DNA of 64,000 nucleotides from Camelus ferus (taxonomy: Eukaryota): the NCBI RefSeq assembly GCF_009834535.1, contig NC_045697.1, positions 1,614,001-1,678,000 of the forward strand, written 5' to 3'. Made by a program: the position numbers and the translations under genes. The notes beneath the pieces were generated by a model that was not told the origin of the DNA, searched no databases, and was given only the letters and a program-made list of their open reading frames with translations. This document shows, in pieces, positions 12,537 through 24,951 of this stretch (position 1 is its first letter; each line of letters begins with the position of its first letter).

Positions 12537-12913
12537 TGTCCTGGTCAGCTCAGGCTGCCGTAACAAAATGCCGCAGACAGGGAGCACCAACAACAGAAAC
12601 TTACTTTCTCACAGCCCTAGAGGTTGGAAGTTCGAGCTGCCCGCAGGTCTTGTTTCTCCTGAGGCCACTGTCCTTGGGTTGCAGATGGACACCCCCTCAC
12701 CGGGGCCTCACGTGGCCTTTCCTCTGTGTACACCCCCAGCGTCTCTCATCTCACAAGGACACCGGTCCTATGGGATTAGGGCCCATCTTTATGACTTCAT
12801 TTAACCTTAATTCCATCTGTAAAAGCCTTATCTCCAAATACAGTCCCATGGTGGGTATGGCGTGGGTAGGGCTTCAACATATGAATTTGGGGGACACAAT
12901 TCAGTCCCTAACA
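12537..12913 (-). mobile_element. MaLR LTR (MLT1A-like), near complete
   Basis: 'ggctgccgtaacaaaatgcc...aacaacagaaacttactttctcacagc...tatgacttcatttaacctta...tatctccaaatacagtc...gggcttcaacatatgaatttgggggacacaattcagtccctaaca'. Confidence 0.85.
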
Positions 12914-13827
12914 GGGAGGGTGCTGCTGGGTAGCACACAGACTTTTTTATAAGGTACCTGACATCTGAAGATATGTCCCCTCTGCCCTTGGAAGAGGGGA
13001 GAGATAGAACGCAGAGAAAGACCAGGGGACAGGGCGTGGTCCTGGGGAGCCTGCGTGGTGAGCCCGTTCCGGCTCCTGGTGCAAGCTATTTGGTCCTGCT
13101 GTACCTGCCATCGCAAATGGAAGAACAGGCAAACCCTCTGCCTCCAAATGTCTCCACACCTTCCCAGCCAAGACCACACAGATGCCAAGCCATTACACTG
13201 GGTAATATTTCTACCATTTGCTTTTTGTGTGTGATGTCCTTGCTTCTGGTACACAGGTGCATTAGAAAAAATACCAGACTGCTAGGGAAGCTCCTAGCCG
13301 AAATGTGGAAGTCGGATCTAATTGTCCTCCCAGGCCTCTGACACCCCCCAGCCAAAGCCTCTGAATAAAATGGTTTGATCCCCACACCCCTGAAAAAGAG
13401 CACCAGGTTGAGGAAAGAGCCCTCATTTCTAGGGGCAGCTTGGCCACTGCCCGCCCTTCTTACCCTCTCTGTGGGTTGGCCTCCCATCCCAGCCACCTTC
13501 TCTGACCCTCTCCCACCCCTCACCTACTCCCCAGGTTCTCCTATGCCCAGGACCAAATCCATTGTCCTTACTCAGATAACCTGAGACAAAGATGTGAAGA
13601 AACTGCTCCACAAAGGGACCCAACATAAAGCTAGGTGGGAGCTGACACTGGGAACACTGGATTTCCATGTCCTGCAACTCTACAGTGTTTGGATTTGTGC
13701 AGTAAAAGGTTACCTCTGCAGGGCTGTGGCGTTCAAACCCTGTTCACTCCAAAGAAAAGACTGGCCCTTTAAAAAACATATTTTACTTAAAACCTACTCA
13801 CTGATAAACTTTTTAAAATACATCAGA

Positions 13828-14623
13828 CGTAATGGGTTAATCATTATTAACCTAAAACAGTTAAATAGCCAGTTATTTTTACTAGCAAGATAGGTCTATT
13901 CATGAGCAGCAAAGAACTGCAGTGCTGGACATGCAGCTATGACACACCTCTGCAAGTCCCACAAAGCCAAGGAGAGGAAACTCCTTTACAGAGGAGAAGG
14001 GGGAGCTGAGCAGGGCTGCTATAAACAAAAAGCCCGTCAGAGGAAACTGGGAGTTCAAAGTAAAGTGACCGTTCACTGGCTGGACGGTGGCAGTCTCCCA
14101 CTGGCTGAGGTGTCACCAGGAATGGAGAAAGTCTTTCTTCTTCCTATCGGTGGTGGTAAAGTAATGTCACTTCTTGCCAGAAATGCAAGATAAATCTCAC
14201 CCTACTGGGTTCTGTATGGACATACCTTGTTTTATGACATTTTACTTTGTTGCACTTTGCAGATATTGTATCTTTTACAAACTGAGGGTTTGTGAGAACT
14301 GTACAGTGTCAAGCAAGTCTATCAGCACCCCTTTTCCAACATTATTTTTTGAATTAAGGTATGTGCATTTTTTAGGCATAATGCCGTTGCACACTTAACA
14401 GACTATAGTGTAGTGTAAACAGAATGTTTATATGCACTGGGAAACCAAAAAATTCACACAACTTGCTTTATTGTGATATTTGCTTTATTGTAGTAGTCTG
14501 AAACCAAACCCACAGTATCTCCAGGGTGTGTCTGTATTGATGTGAAGCAGTACATGGATGAGCGCTTCCCCTTCTGTCTTGCTGACTCTATTCTAGTAGG
14601 TTTCCTTTTATTAATTTTCACCA
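13828..14623 (-). mobile_element. 3' LTR of the provirus (interrupted by a Tigger1 derivative)
   Basis: Colinear with 24952-25468 (e.g. 'ttattaattttcac', 'gtcactt', 'ctggctg', 'aaatagccag' vs 'aaacagccag'). Polypurine tract AAAAAAGGGAAA (minus strand) abuts it at ~14624-14635. Confidence 0.85.
14217..14534 (+). mobile_element. Internally deleted Tigger1-derived DNA transposon (Tc1/mariner-pogo MITE)
   Basis: Tigger1 left end ('cataccttgtttta...tttacaaactgagggtttgtg') fused to right end ('tatgcactgggaaaccaaaaaattc...gctttattg...gtctg'). TA duplication at 14215-16 and 14535-36; empty TA site in the other LTR at 25381-25382. Confidence 0.9.
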
Positions 14624-14897
14624 TTTCCCTTTTTTGGTCAAGATCTTTCTCTGAAAGCATGACTGATCAAGAAAAGAGTCAGAGTTTTGTTTGTTTGTTT
14701 GTTTGCTACCAACACTCAGTGGCCTTTTGTCCCTAGATGCCAGGAATGATCTTCCCTAGGTGTTGGTTCCCACGTTAGAGGAAAAGTGCTCAGACTGGAA
14801 ATGTATTGTGGTTACATTTTAGTAACAAGGAAGTGTAGGAGGGAGTTCTCTCAGGCATTTCTCAACTAAAGTCTCTATATCAGAATAATGAATACAA

Positions 14898-17800
14898 CAA
14901 CCATACAAAAATCTATGGGATGCAGTAAAAGCAGTCCTAAGAGGGAAGTTCATAGCAATACAGTCCTTTCTCAAAAAAACAAGGACAATCTCAAATAAGC
15001 AACCTGACATATCATCTAAAAGAATTAGAAAAAGAAGAGCAAACAAAACCTAAAGTCAGCAGAAGGAAAGAAATAACAAAGATCAGGTAGGAAATAAATA
15101 AAATAGAGATTAAAAATAGAAAAAAAAATCAATCAAACCGAGAGTTGGTTTTTTTTAAAAAGTAAACAAAAGCAACATACCTCTGGCTAGGCTCACCAAA
15201 AAGAAAAGAGAGAGAACACAAATTAAAAAAAATAAGAAACGGAGGTGGAAAAATTACTGCCAACACCACATAAATATAAAAAACCACAAGAGAACACTAT
15301 GAACAACTATATAGCAACAAACTGGACAAGCGGGAAGAAATGGACAAATTTCTAGATACATACAGTCCACCAAGACTGAATCAAGGAGAAATATATAATT
15401 TGAACAGACCAATCACTAGAAGTGAAATAGAATCATCATTTAAAAACCTCCATGCAAACAAAAATCCAGGACCAGGTGGCTTCACTGGGGAATTCTACCA
15501 AACATATGAAGAACTCGTACGGATCCTTCTCAAAGTCTTCCAAAAGACTGAAAGGAGGAAATATTCCCAAACTCATTCTATGAAGCCACCATCACCCTGA
15601 TATAAAAATCAGACAAAGACACTACCAAAAAAGAAAATAACACACCAATATATTTGATAAATATAAATGTGATTATTCTCAACAAAATATTAGCATGAAG
15701 AATCCAACAACACATAAAAAAGATCATACACTATGATCAAGTTGGATTCATGCCAGGGACACCAGGATGGTTCAACATACACAAGTCAATCAGTGTGATA
15801 CATCACATTAACAGAAGAGAGGGCAAAAATCACATGATCATCTCAATAGATGCAAAATAAAAAAGCACTTGCTAAAATTCAACACCCATTTATGATAAAA
15901 ACTCTTACCAAAGTAGGTGTAGAGGGAACATATCTCAACATAATAAAAGCTATTTGTGACAAACTGGCAGACAACATAATACTCAATGGTGAAAAGTTGA
16001 AAGCCCTCCCACTGAAATCTGGAGCAAATAAGGATGCCCGCTTTCACCACTTCTATCTAACATAGTATTGACACTGCTAGCCACAGCAGTCAGACAAGAA
16101 AAAGAAACAAAAGAACTTCAAATAGGAAGACAGAGGTAGAATTATCACTATATACAGATGACATGATACTATATATAGAAAACCTTAAGAGTTCCACACA
16201 AAAACTATTAGAGCTGATAAAAGAATTCGGCAAGGTAGCAGGATACAAGATTAACATACAGACATCAGTTGCATTTCTTACACTAATAACGATACATCAG
16301 AAAAGGCAAGTAAAAAAAAAAAATCCCTTTTAAAATTGCATCAAAAAAAAAAAAAATACTCAGAAATAAGCCTGATCGAGGAGGTGGAAGATTTATACAT
16401 GAAGAACTAAAAAACATTGATTAAGGAAATTAGAGATGATTTAAAGAAATGGAAAGTTACCCCTTGCCCTTGGATTTGAAGGATATGATTAAAATGGCCA
16501 TACTACACAAAGCAATCTACAGATTTAATGTGATCTCCATCAAGTTGTCCAGGACATTTTTCACAGAGCTAGAACAAATAATCCTAAAATTTATATGGAA
16601 CCACAAAAGACCCAGAACTGCCAAAGCATTACTGAAGAAAAAGAACCAAACTGGAGGCATAACCTTCCCAGACTTCAGACCCTACTACAGAGCTATAATA
16701 ATTAAAACAGCATGGCAAGGACCTACTGTATTGAACAGGGAACTATTTATTTCTTGTAATAACATATAATGAAAAAGAGTCTGAAAAAATATATATGTGT
16801 GTATATGTATAACTGAATCACTTTGCTGTACACCTGAAACTAACATTATAAGTCAACTAAATTTCAATTAAAAAAAAAACCAAAACAATGTGGTATCAGG
16901 AGAAAACCAGAAATATGGATCAATGGAACAGAATAGAGAGCCCAGAAATAAACCCACATACATACAGTCAATTAATCTTCAAAAAGAGGTAAGAACATAC
17001 AATGGAGAAAAGACAGTCTCTTCAGCAAGTCGTGTTGGGAGAGCTGGACAGCCGTGTGTAAATCAATGAAGTTAGAACACTCCCTCACTCCATACACAGA
17101 AATAAACTCAAAATGGCTTAAAGACTTAAATATAAGACAAGACACTATAAACCTCCTAGAAGAAAACACAGGCAAAACATTCTCTGACATAAATCTTAGC
17201 AATGTTCTCCTAGGCAGTCTACCCAGACAATAAAAATAAACAAATGGGACCTAATTAAACTTATAAGCTTTTGCACAGTAAAGGAAACCATAAACAAAAC
17301 GAAAAGACAACCTATGGAATGGGAGAAAATATTTGCAAACAATGTGACTGACAAGGGATTAATTTCCAAAATATACAAGCAGCTGACACAGCTCAATATC
17401 AAAAAGACAAAAAAGCCCAATCAAAAAATGGGCAGAAGATTTAAATAGACATTTCTCCAAAGAAGACATGCAGATGGACAATGGGCACATGAAAAGATAC
17501 CCAATGTCACTAATTATCAGAGAAATGAAATTAAAACCACAATGGGGTATCACCTCACACCAGCCAGAATGGCCATCATTCAAAAGTCCACAAATGGCAA
17601 ATGCTGGAGAGGCTGTGGAGAAAAGGGAACCCTCCTACACTGCTGGTGGGAATGCAGTTTGGTGCAGCCACTATGGAAAACAGTGTGGAGATTCCTCAAA
17701 AGACTAGGAATAGACTTACCATATGATCCAGCAATCCCACTTCTGGGTGTATATCCAGAGGGAACTCTAATTCAAAAAGATACAGGCACCCCACTGTTCA

Positions 17801-18370
17801 TAGCAGCACTTTACAATAGCCAAGACATGAAAATAACCTAAATGTCCATTGACAGATGACTGGATATAGAAGAAGTGGTGTATATATACAATAGAATACT
17901 ACTCAGCTATAAAAAAAAAAAAAGAATAAAATAGTGCCATTTGCAGCAACATGGATGGACCTAGGGATCATTACTCTAAGTGAAGTTAAGCCAGAAAGAG
18001 AAAGAAAAATACCACATGATCTCACTTATTTATGGAATCTAAGAAAATGACACAATTGAACTTATTTACCAAACAGAAGCAGACTCACAGACAGAGAACA
18101 AATTTATGGCTACCAAGGGAGAAAGGGAGTGGGAAGGGGTAAACCAGCAGTCCAAGATTTGCGGATGCTAACTACTACAGAAAAACAGATGAACAGCGAG
18201 CTTGCACTGTACAGCACAGGGAACTACATTCAGTATCTTGTGGTGACCTATAATGAAAAAGAATGTAAAAAGGAATACATGTGTGTATATATATGACTGA
18301 AACATTATGCTGTACACCAGAAACTGCCACATTGAAACTGACTATGCCACAATTAAAAAAAGAAAGAAAA
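14898..18370 (+). mobile_element. 5'-truncated LINE-1 (ORF2 RT and C-terminal region, 3'UTR, poly-A) inserted in the provirus
   Basis: RT 'YTDDMI' (~16151-16168); C-terminal '[18 protein letters not shown]' (ORF 17542-17841). TSD aataatgaatacaa (14884-14897) / aatagtgaatacaa (18371-18384). Frameshifted and non-functional. Confidence 0.95.
16716..16880 (+). mobile_element. L1 3'-end fragment nested within L1 ORF2
   Basis: 3'UTR sequence ('caaggacctactgta...gtataactgaatcactttgctgtacacctgaaactaac') plus poly-A interrupts ORF2; diverged duplication aaaacagcatgg / aaaacaatgtgg. Confidence 0.8.
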
Positions 18371-19432
18371 AATAGTGAATACAAAAGAGCACACTCAAAA
18401 CTGCAGGAACTAAACAAGTGCGTTGGAGAGACCCAGTGCAGGAATAAACACGGAGCAATTAAACAATGTTTTGTCTCAAAAGACACTGTTAGGAACTAAA
18501 TGGTTTATCAGTAATACAGCCTGTAGGTTGCAAATTCAAAGACCATGAATTTGGGTGAGAATCCAGTCAGTTTATCATTTAGATGAAAGAGAGGGAGACT
18601 TCTGCGAATTCTAAACTGTCTAACAGGCCTGGTCCTGACAACTTGGGAAAGCTGTGTCATCAGATGTCATGTGCTTCTGTTCCATGATGTCTTTGCCTTC
18701 AGGTCACCAAATGGTGTGGAGACCCAGTCAGGCTTTGGTGCTTTCTTTAGATGTGTCACATGAACCCAGGAGCTGTTCCCTGCAGTTCGGAGGCACAAGG
18801 CTTGGTGAGCAGGACCTGACAAGGGCCTCTCCAGTGAGGCTGAACAGAGTCCTCCTGGAGGTGTCTTTTCCTGTAGACAGACTCTCCAGGTTGCAAGGCG
18901 TGACGCTTAATGTCTTCGTCTCCTGCGAGTGCACTATGAAAACACTGCTCTACCAGAGTGTGGTTGTTTTTAACAGAAGCAATTAAGCCTTCACAGTATT
19001 GACGCGTGTCTCCTTTTATCAGCTGCAGATCAAAAGAGGGAGGGGACAGGTGCCTGGGCCGTCTTATGACTGTCTCCAAGGGTGGGAGTCTGTGAGCTCC
19101 GAAAGGGGACAGCTGAGAAACAGAAGGACCAACGGCAATGGTTTGGGTCAGGGTGCTTGGAGGGTATCTATGAATTCTGCCAGTTGGCTGTCAACAGCAC
19201 TGTTAGTCCATCAACCACCCCTGAGAACTGACGCTGGTAAGCACAGTGAAAGTGCTGTAAAACCAGCCAAACGGCACAGACTTGCCAAAGTACCTGACCC
19301 TTGATCACTGTGAAGTTCAAATGTAGGGCTAATCTCTTCTAACCAAATTACAGCCACAGAGAAGCAATGGCCTGCCTAGAGGGAAAGCCTTGGTCCCGTC
19401 AGAACGCACAGGCTGTGGCTAACACACGTGCG

Positions 19433-19743
19433 CAGGCGTGTCTTGCAGGGAGTTTGGGTTCGCTTCCAGAGCACGCAGTAAAGCAAACAGCAAAATAAAG
19501 CAATCACGTGGGTTCTGGGGCTCCCCAGCGCGTATGAAAGCCAAGTTTATGCTGCACTGCAGTCTGTTAAGTGTGCAGCAGCATGATGTCTAAGCAAATG
19601 TACGTACTGTAATTAAAAACAACACTGTAGGAAAAATGGTGCTGATAGGCTTGCTCAACACAGGGTTGCCACAATTTCCGTTTGTAAAAAATGCAGTATC
19701 TGTCAAGTGCAATAAAGGAAAGCATAATAAAACAGGTAACCTG
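19433..19743 (-). mobile_element. Second Tigger1-derived MITE, inserted in the ERV integrase region
   Basis: Reverse-complement counterpart of 14217-14534 ('gtctgttaagtgtgca', 'ggaaaaatggtgctgatag.cttgctcaacacagggttgccaca', ends '...cctg|ta'). Confidence 0.85.
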
Positions 19744-22225
19744 TATGTCCATGAGACGGGCACCTGTATGAATTCCATGTGCCGAATCTCAGATGACCCC
19801 TTAGATGATTCAGAATGTCTGGGAGCAGCGCGATTGGGTTATAGTTTGGACGGGAGACGAGGAGGCAGGCACTTTTTCTGGCCTTATTAGTTTTTCCCCA
19901 CTGACACTGGTTCATGAACGCTGTCACTTGTCAGGGGACCAATGTTTCAACCCATGTGCAGTGGTGAGGCATCAGAATCTTAGAACTCCCGGCAGGTCCA
20001 GTTTGTAATTTGGCTCTCTTTTTATCGAACCAACAGTTACCAGATGGCCAATATTGTTTTTCCTTTTCTGGGACCAAGTTTTGGGCATTTACAGTCAGTT
20101 TTTCTAGATTGTTATCTCAGGAGCATCTCTTCAGACTGTGATGGAGATTTGGCCACTAGTTCCTTGGAGAGCAACATTTCCGGTGGAAATATCACTGAGG
20201 TGGGTTTTTATCCTCGATGGAGCCAAGCTCAGAATGCCAGGGATCTTAATTATAGCCAAGGTGGCTGGCTACAGTAGGGCAGCTAATAGATTTCGAATAT
20301 AGGAGCCATTGTTAATCTTTTCCCCACTAGAGCTAAGGAAACCTTACTGGTTCCATAGCATCCCAAGGTCACGAGCCCCCAGAGGCATACTGACCACCCA
20401 CGTAAATGTTGGCAGTTTTGCCCTCGGCTAAAGTTCAAGCCCAAATGACGGTGTGTATATAATTGAGCCTGCTGGGTGGAAGTAGTCAAAGGTGCGGTGT
20501 TGCCTGGACGACTTCAGGAGAGGGTGTAAGAGCTTCGCCGGCACAGGGTCCCCACTGTCGCCCTAGGTGGGAACTGTCGGTAACGCATGAAAAGCCCGCC
20601 GTGCTTGGAGGAGTCCCTGGGAACCGTTCCGGGGAGTCGGACGGTGCTCTGCCCGCAGTAGTCCTGAGGGGCTTGTCAGAGGAGGAGGGGGGGGGCAGCA
20701 GGGCGGGGCTTGTTGCGACGTGGAAGAGTTACGTGAGGAGCTGTTAGCGACAGGATTTCACAGGAGGGAGGCGACTGACTGAGAAGTGTTCCGTGTGATG
20801 AGGATTTGGGGGGCTTCTACTGCTTGAGGTGTGAAGGTGGTTAAAGGGGTCCCGTGATTATCTATTCGGTGGGCTTGACCAGAAGGGCAGTGGCCAGAAT
20901 GACTCTGAGGCAAGGGTAACATCCCACACCACAGGGTCCCGCTGTGGACGGTAACAGCCAATAGGCCAATGACAGTCCCCATGTTTTGAGGTGAGTGCCC
21001 CATGGGCTTTCCCTTCCTTCTCACATACAAAGTGGAAAAAGCAAAGCTGATAATTAGGATGCCCAAGGCCGGGCTGTCTCATTAAGCTTTCCTTTACGGT
21101 TTCAAAAGCTATGTCATCTTGATCCCTCGATTAGGGCCAAGTTTGCTGGGTTTCAATAAGGAAGATGGGACTGAGCCGTAAGAGAGAAATTTTGAATCCA
21201 TTTTCATCAGTAGCCAGCTAGCCCGAGAAAACCTTGTAACTGGCACTTAGTTTTAGGTTTGGGGAGTTCAGGGTGACATACAGCCAATCCAGGTCCAAAT
21301 GTAGTCCTCGTTCCAAGATCAGGTGCCCAAATATCGATCCTGGGTTTGAGCAAACTGCAGGGTTTTTTTTAAAAGACTTTATATCCCTTTAAGGCCAAAA
21401 GTTTTAGCAGGTGATTGTTGTTTTCCTGGGAGGCAGATTGAGAAGGTGGATATAGAAGTAAGTCATCTATATATTATAACCAAGTAGAACCTGCATAAAG
21501 CCTTCTGTCATCCAAATCAGCTTTCAGGACTTGTGCAAAGTAAGGAAGGCTTTCTGTGCAACCCTGCGGCATTGCTGTTCTTGTGCACTGTCATCCTCCC
21601 CAGGTGAGGGCAAAAAGATATCAGCTAGCCTTACCAACTGGAACACGAAACATCACTGCCTAGATCATCTATGTTAAGACTTTGGTTCCCATGGGAATGG
21701 GTGTCCGTGGCATGTGGGGTTGGGAACAGCAGGCTGTCGAGGGATAGCAGTGTTGTTTACTGCTCCGAGGTCCCAGGCAGACCTCCATCCTAGGTCCTCG
21801 GGTTTTCTCGCAGGTAAAATAAGAGTATTAGAAGGACTAGGACAAGGGGTGATGGGGCCCTGAGCCTGGGAACCTTTTATTATGGGTTTTAAAAAGCAAA
21901 GAAGGACTTTACTTATGGGGTATTGATTCTGGGGAGAGGTTCTGAGGGCCCCATTTGAATCTTACTGGGGGGTGTACTGTGGCTTTTGCCAATATCCTTT
22001 GGAGATTTTGCCCTTAAGGAAGATGGTAGCTGATTCAATAGGGCTAATTGATCAGTGGTTCCAGAATCAGCTCCAGGGTGTTGGAGACAAAGCAAATAAA
22101 GGGTGTCAGATTCATTTAATTCACCTGGGTGGCTATTTTGATGGCTATCATCAAATTCTAGACTTGTTTCCCCCTTTTGGGAGAAAGAGATCCCAACATG
22201 ATACTTTTCCAAGAAGCCTCAGCCT

Positions 22226-22357
22226 GGGAGGGAGGGTAGAGCTCGGTGGTGGAGCACGTGCTCAGCAGGCACAAGGTCCTGGGTTCCATCCCCAGTACCT
22301 CCATCAAAAATAAATAAGTAAACCTAATTATACCTACCCGCCCCACCCCCCAAAAAA
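22226..22357 (+). mobile_element. tRNA-derived SINE (camelid Vic-1-like), inserted in the ERV protease region
   Basis: 'gggagggtagagctcggtggtggagcacgtgctcagca...ggtcctgggttccatccccagtacctcca' plus A-rich tail; diverged TSD aagaagcctcagcc / aaaaagtttcagcc. Confidence 0.85.
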
Positions 22358-22823
22358 GTTTCAGCCAATAAATGAACAGGGGCAGAGGCGCTAAGGAGAA
22401 AAGGGTGTGTATCTCCCAAAGGGCCTAAATGAAAGGGAATAGGTTTAGACACAGGAAGATATTTAAAGTTACTAGAGACACCCTGCATTTGAACCATCCT
22501 AGTACTTCGAGGCAGGGGCTGTTTTACAGCAGTGGGGTTGGGCACTGAGCGTAGCTCTGGCGTCGATAAGGACACGGAGACATTCATCCCCAGTCTGGAG
22601 GGTTGTTCTTCCAAGCTGATTAGAGGAAGGGGCGAGAAGAGCCCCTGGGGCTCCTCAGAGCCCCCACCATCAGGAGGACATTGGAAAGGCTGCTAAAGGG
22701 CTGAGGATACCTGAAATGCTAAAATTTGTAACAATCTTTTTTTTTCAATGTCCTGGTTCCTTGCAATTATAGCAGAAACTATACTTTTGGTTTCATTTAG
22801 GAGCCTTCACTGGCTGGTGTTGA

Positions 22824-22880
22824 AGACTGACACAACACTGTAAACTGACTATACTTCAATAAAAATATATACATTAAAAA
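22824..22880 (+). mobile_element. Very short L1 3'-end fragment inside ERV gag
   Basis: 'actgacacaacactgtaaactgactatacttcaataaaaa' matches the other L1 tails in this window. Confidence 0.7.
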
Positions 22881-23796
22881 TTTTGGCAGTCTTTCTTTTT
22901 GGTGACTCATCTAGGGTTCAAACACACTGATCTGCTAAATTAACAAATCTGCGATGGACATCGTTCCCCATTCCATCCTGGTGTTTTTTATTAAAAGAGA
23001 AAGATCCCAGTTCAGTCCGTTAATAAACACGGAGTTAAAGGCTACCCTACTGGACCCAACCTCTGAAGGAAGAGAAGAATTTTCCTTAAAAGTAACCTGA
23101 AGTCGGCGGTAATAGTCATAGACAGGTTCATCAGATTGTGGTGAGCAAGCCTGAGTTTTGTTCTGCTCACCAGGCCTAGGGAGGACGGCCGTAACTGCTG
23201 GTGGAGGCCTCCAGCAAGCGCTCCAGCTCGCCAGAAGTTAGGGTTTTGTTCTTCTACATCCCCTCCCACTGGGCTAAGTTTACCCAGTATTTGACTTGAC
23301 CCTCACCAGCCAGCATGTGGACTGACACAGATCTGAGAAACCAGGTTGATAGGTTTGACCAACTATGTTAAATTCATCAGCAAATCTATAGGGTCCTCAG
23401 TCACTTTAGGAAACTATAGCTTTCAATTTGGCCTAAGTCCAGGGGACAAAAGTAATCTGGGGTTTGTTTGGATGCTCAGAATATTTCACTTTAAAGGGCA
23501 GGTTCTGTTGGGTTTGGAGTAGGAAAATGGCAACAGAGTAAAGCCAGAGGCAAAGCAGCTGGGGGGACGGACGTGAGGCCTCACAAGTCATTTTGTCTGT
23601 TTGTCTCAATTCATTTAGTTATGGCATTTTACAGAAAGGCAACTTTAAACTCCTGATAATCTTTGGAAGCCTCAAAATACCAATCAAAATAGGCATCCAA
23701 TTCAGTTTTGACTATTTCCGAGCTATGACTGTCTAACAGAGTTTTAAGAAAGTTAAGTTTGGGGAATTCAAAAGTTCCTCATAATGACCACTGATG

Positions 23797-24413
23797 TGTA
23801 TCCAAGCAGGACTCCGTGGGGCCTTCCCAGGACAGACTCCCCACCCCTCACCCATGTCCACTGCCTGCCTCTTGTCTGTAGAAAAACTTTAGCCTCCTAG
23901 GCCTTCCCCGAGTTCCAAAGAATAAATGTAATCAGAGAAGTGAGAAAATGCAAAAACAAAGGAAACAAACATGACAAAATAATATTTAGACATCAAAGTC
24001 AAGGACCTTTAGTTCCTGCTCAAGGGCTGTAGATAATGTCCTGCACCAGATCCTTCAAGCTATTTTGCAGAGACTGGTGGAGACAGGTGGAAGAAGCTAA
24101 CTGTGCTGCCCACAAGCACGGAGACTTCAGACCGGTTGGACCCGGAAGGTTGAAGACGTCGATTCCTGATGACTCACCACCCGCCAGTCAGAAGACCGTC
24201 CACGAGCTGACCACGCACCTCACAGCCCGCCTCCCTCACCCTAACTTTAAATTTCCCCGAAGGCCTTCGGGGAGCTCAGGTCTTTTCGGCACTAGCCTGG
24301 ACTTCCTGCTTGGTGCCTGCAATAAACACTGCACTTTCGTTCCTCACAACCCAGTGTCAGGGGACTGGCTTCACTGCACACGGGTGAGCGGACCCGAGTT
24401 TGGTTCAGTAACA
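23797..24413 (+). mobile_element. Solo LTR (ERV1 class) inserted into the provirus in opposite orientation
   Basis: TG...CA termini, perfect 4-bp TSD GATG (23793-23796 / 24414-24417), AATAAA at 24321-24326, U5-like end 'gcggacccgagtttggttcagtaaca'. Confidence 0.92.
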
Positions 24414-24951
24414 GATGTTCTAAATTATTTTTGGTTAAGTCAGTCCATTTAGTTAGAAATACACATCAGTGGGGCTGCAGTTTTGAAAGATAAAATTGGC
24501 TTTGGTCCCTGAAGCGGGGGTGCTTTCAAAACATTTACGTAACTGGGATCCCATTTTTCAGAGGTTTGTCTCTAGAGCAAAAAATAATAATTCTTAAACA
24601 GCCTGCAGGACAAATGCCAGCCCAGTTCCAAAAGGCATCAGATCGAAGGCTAGCACAGGTCCAGTAGGAACAGCCCGATTTCAAAAGAGTCAGGCCCAAG
24701 TGCCAAACAAGCACTCCAGACTAAGCAAGGCCTTAACAGAAAGGACCAAGCCCTTAAACAGACCCCGGACAAAGCCTGGAGAGCTTCAAAACACAAGAAG
24801 AACAGGCTTGAATCCAGGAGACAACTTTACCCTCAAACTCCAGGGTCGGCAAGAAAGCCGTGAGCTTGGTGGGCTCCGTGGGCACCGCGCCTGCTCGCTC
24901 GCCAGCCCTGGAGCTGCCGGGCTCTTCTCTGGCCCTTCCATGGGGCCTCTG

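Noticed and set aside
18740..23700. Domesticated or intact retroviral gag/pol gene
   Set aside because: Stops next to key motifs (before YIDD and in the zinc knuckle), a mutated protease motif, frameshifts and nested insertions.
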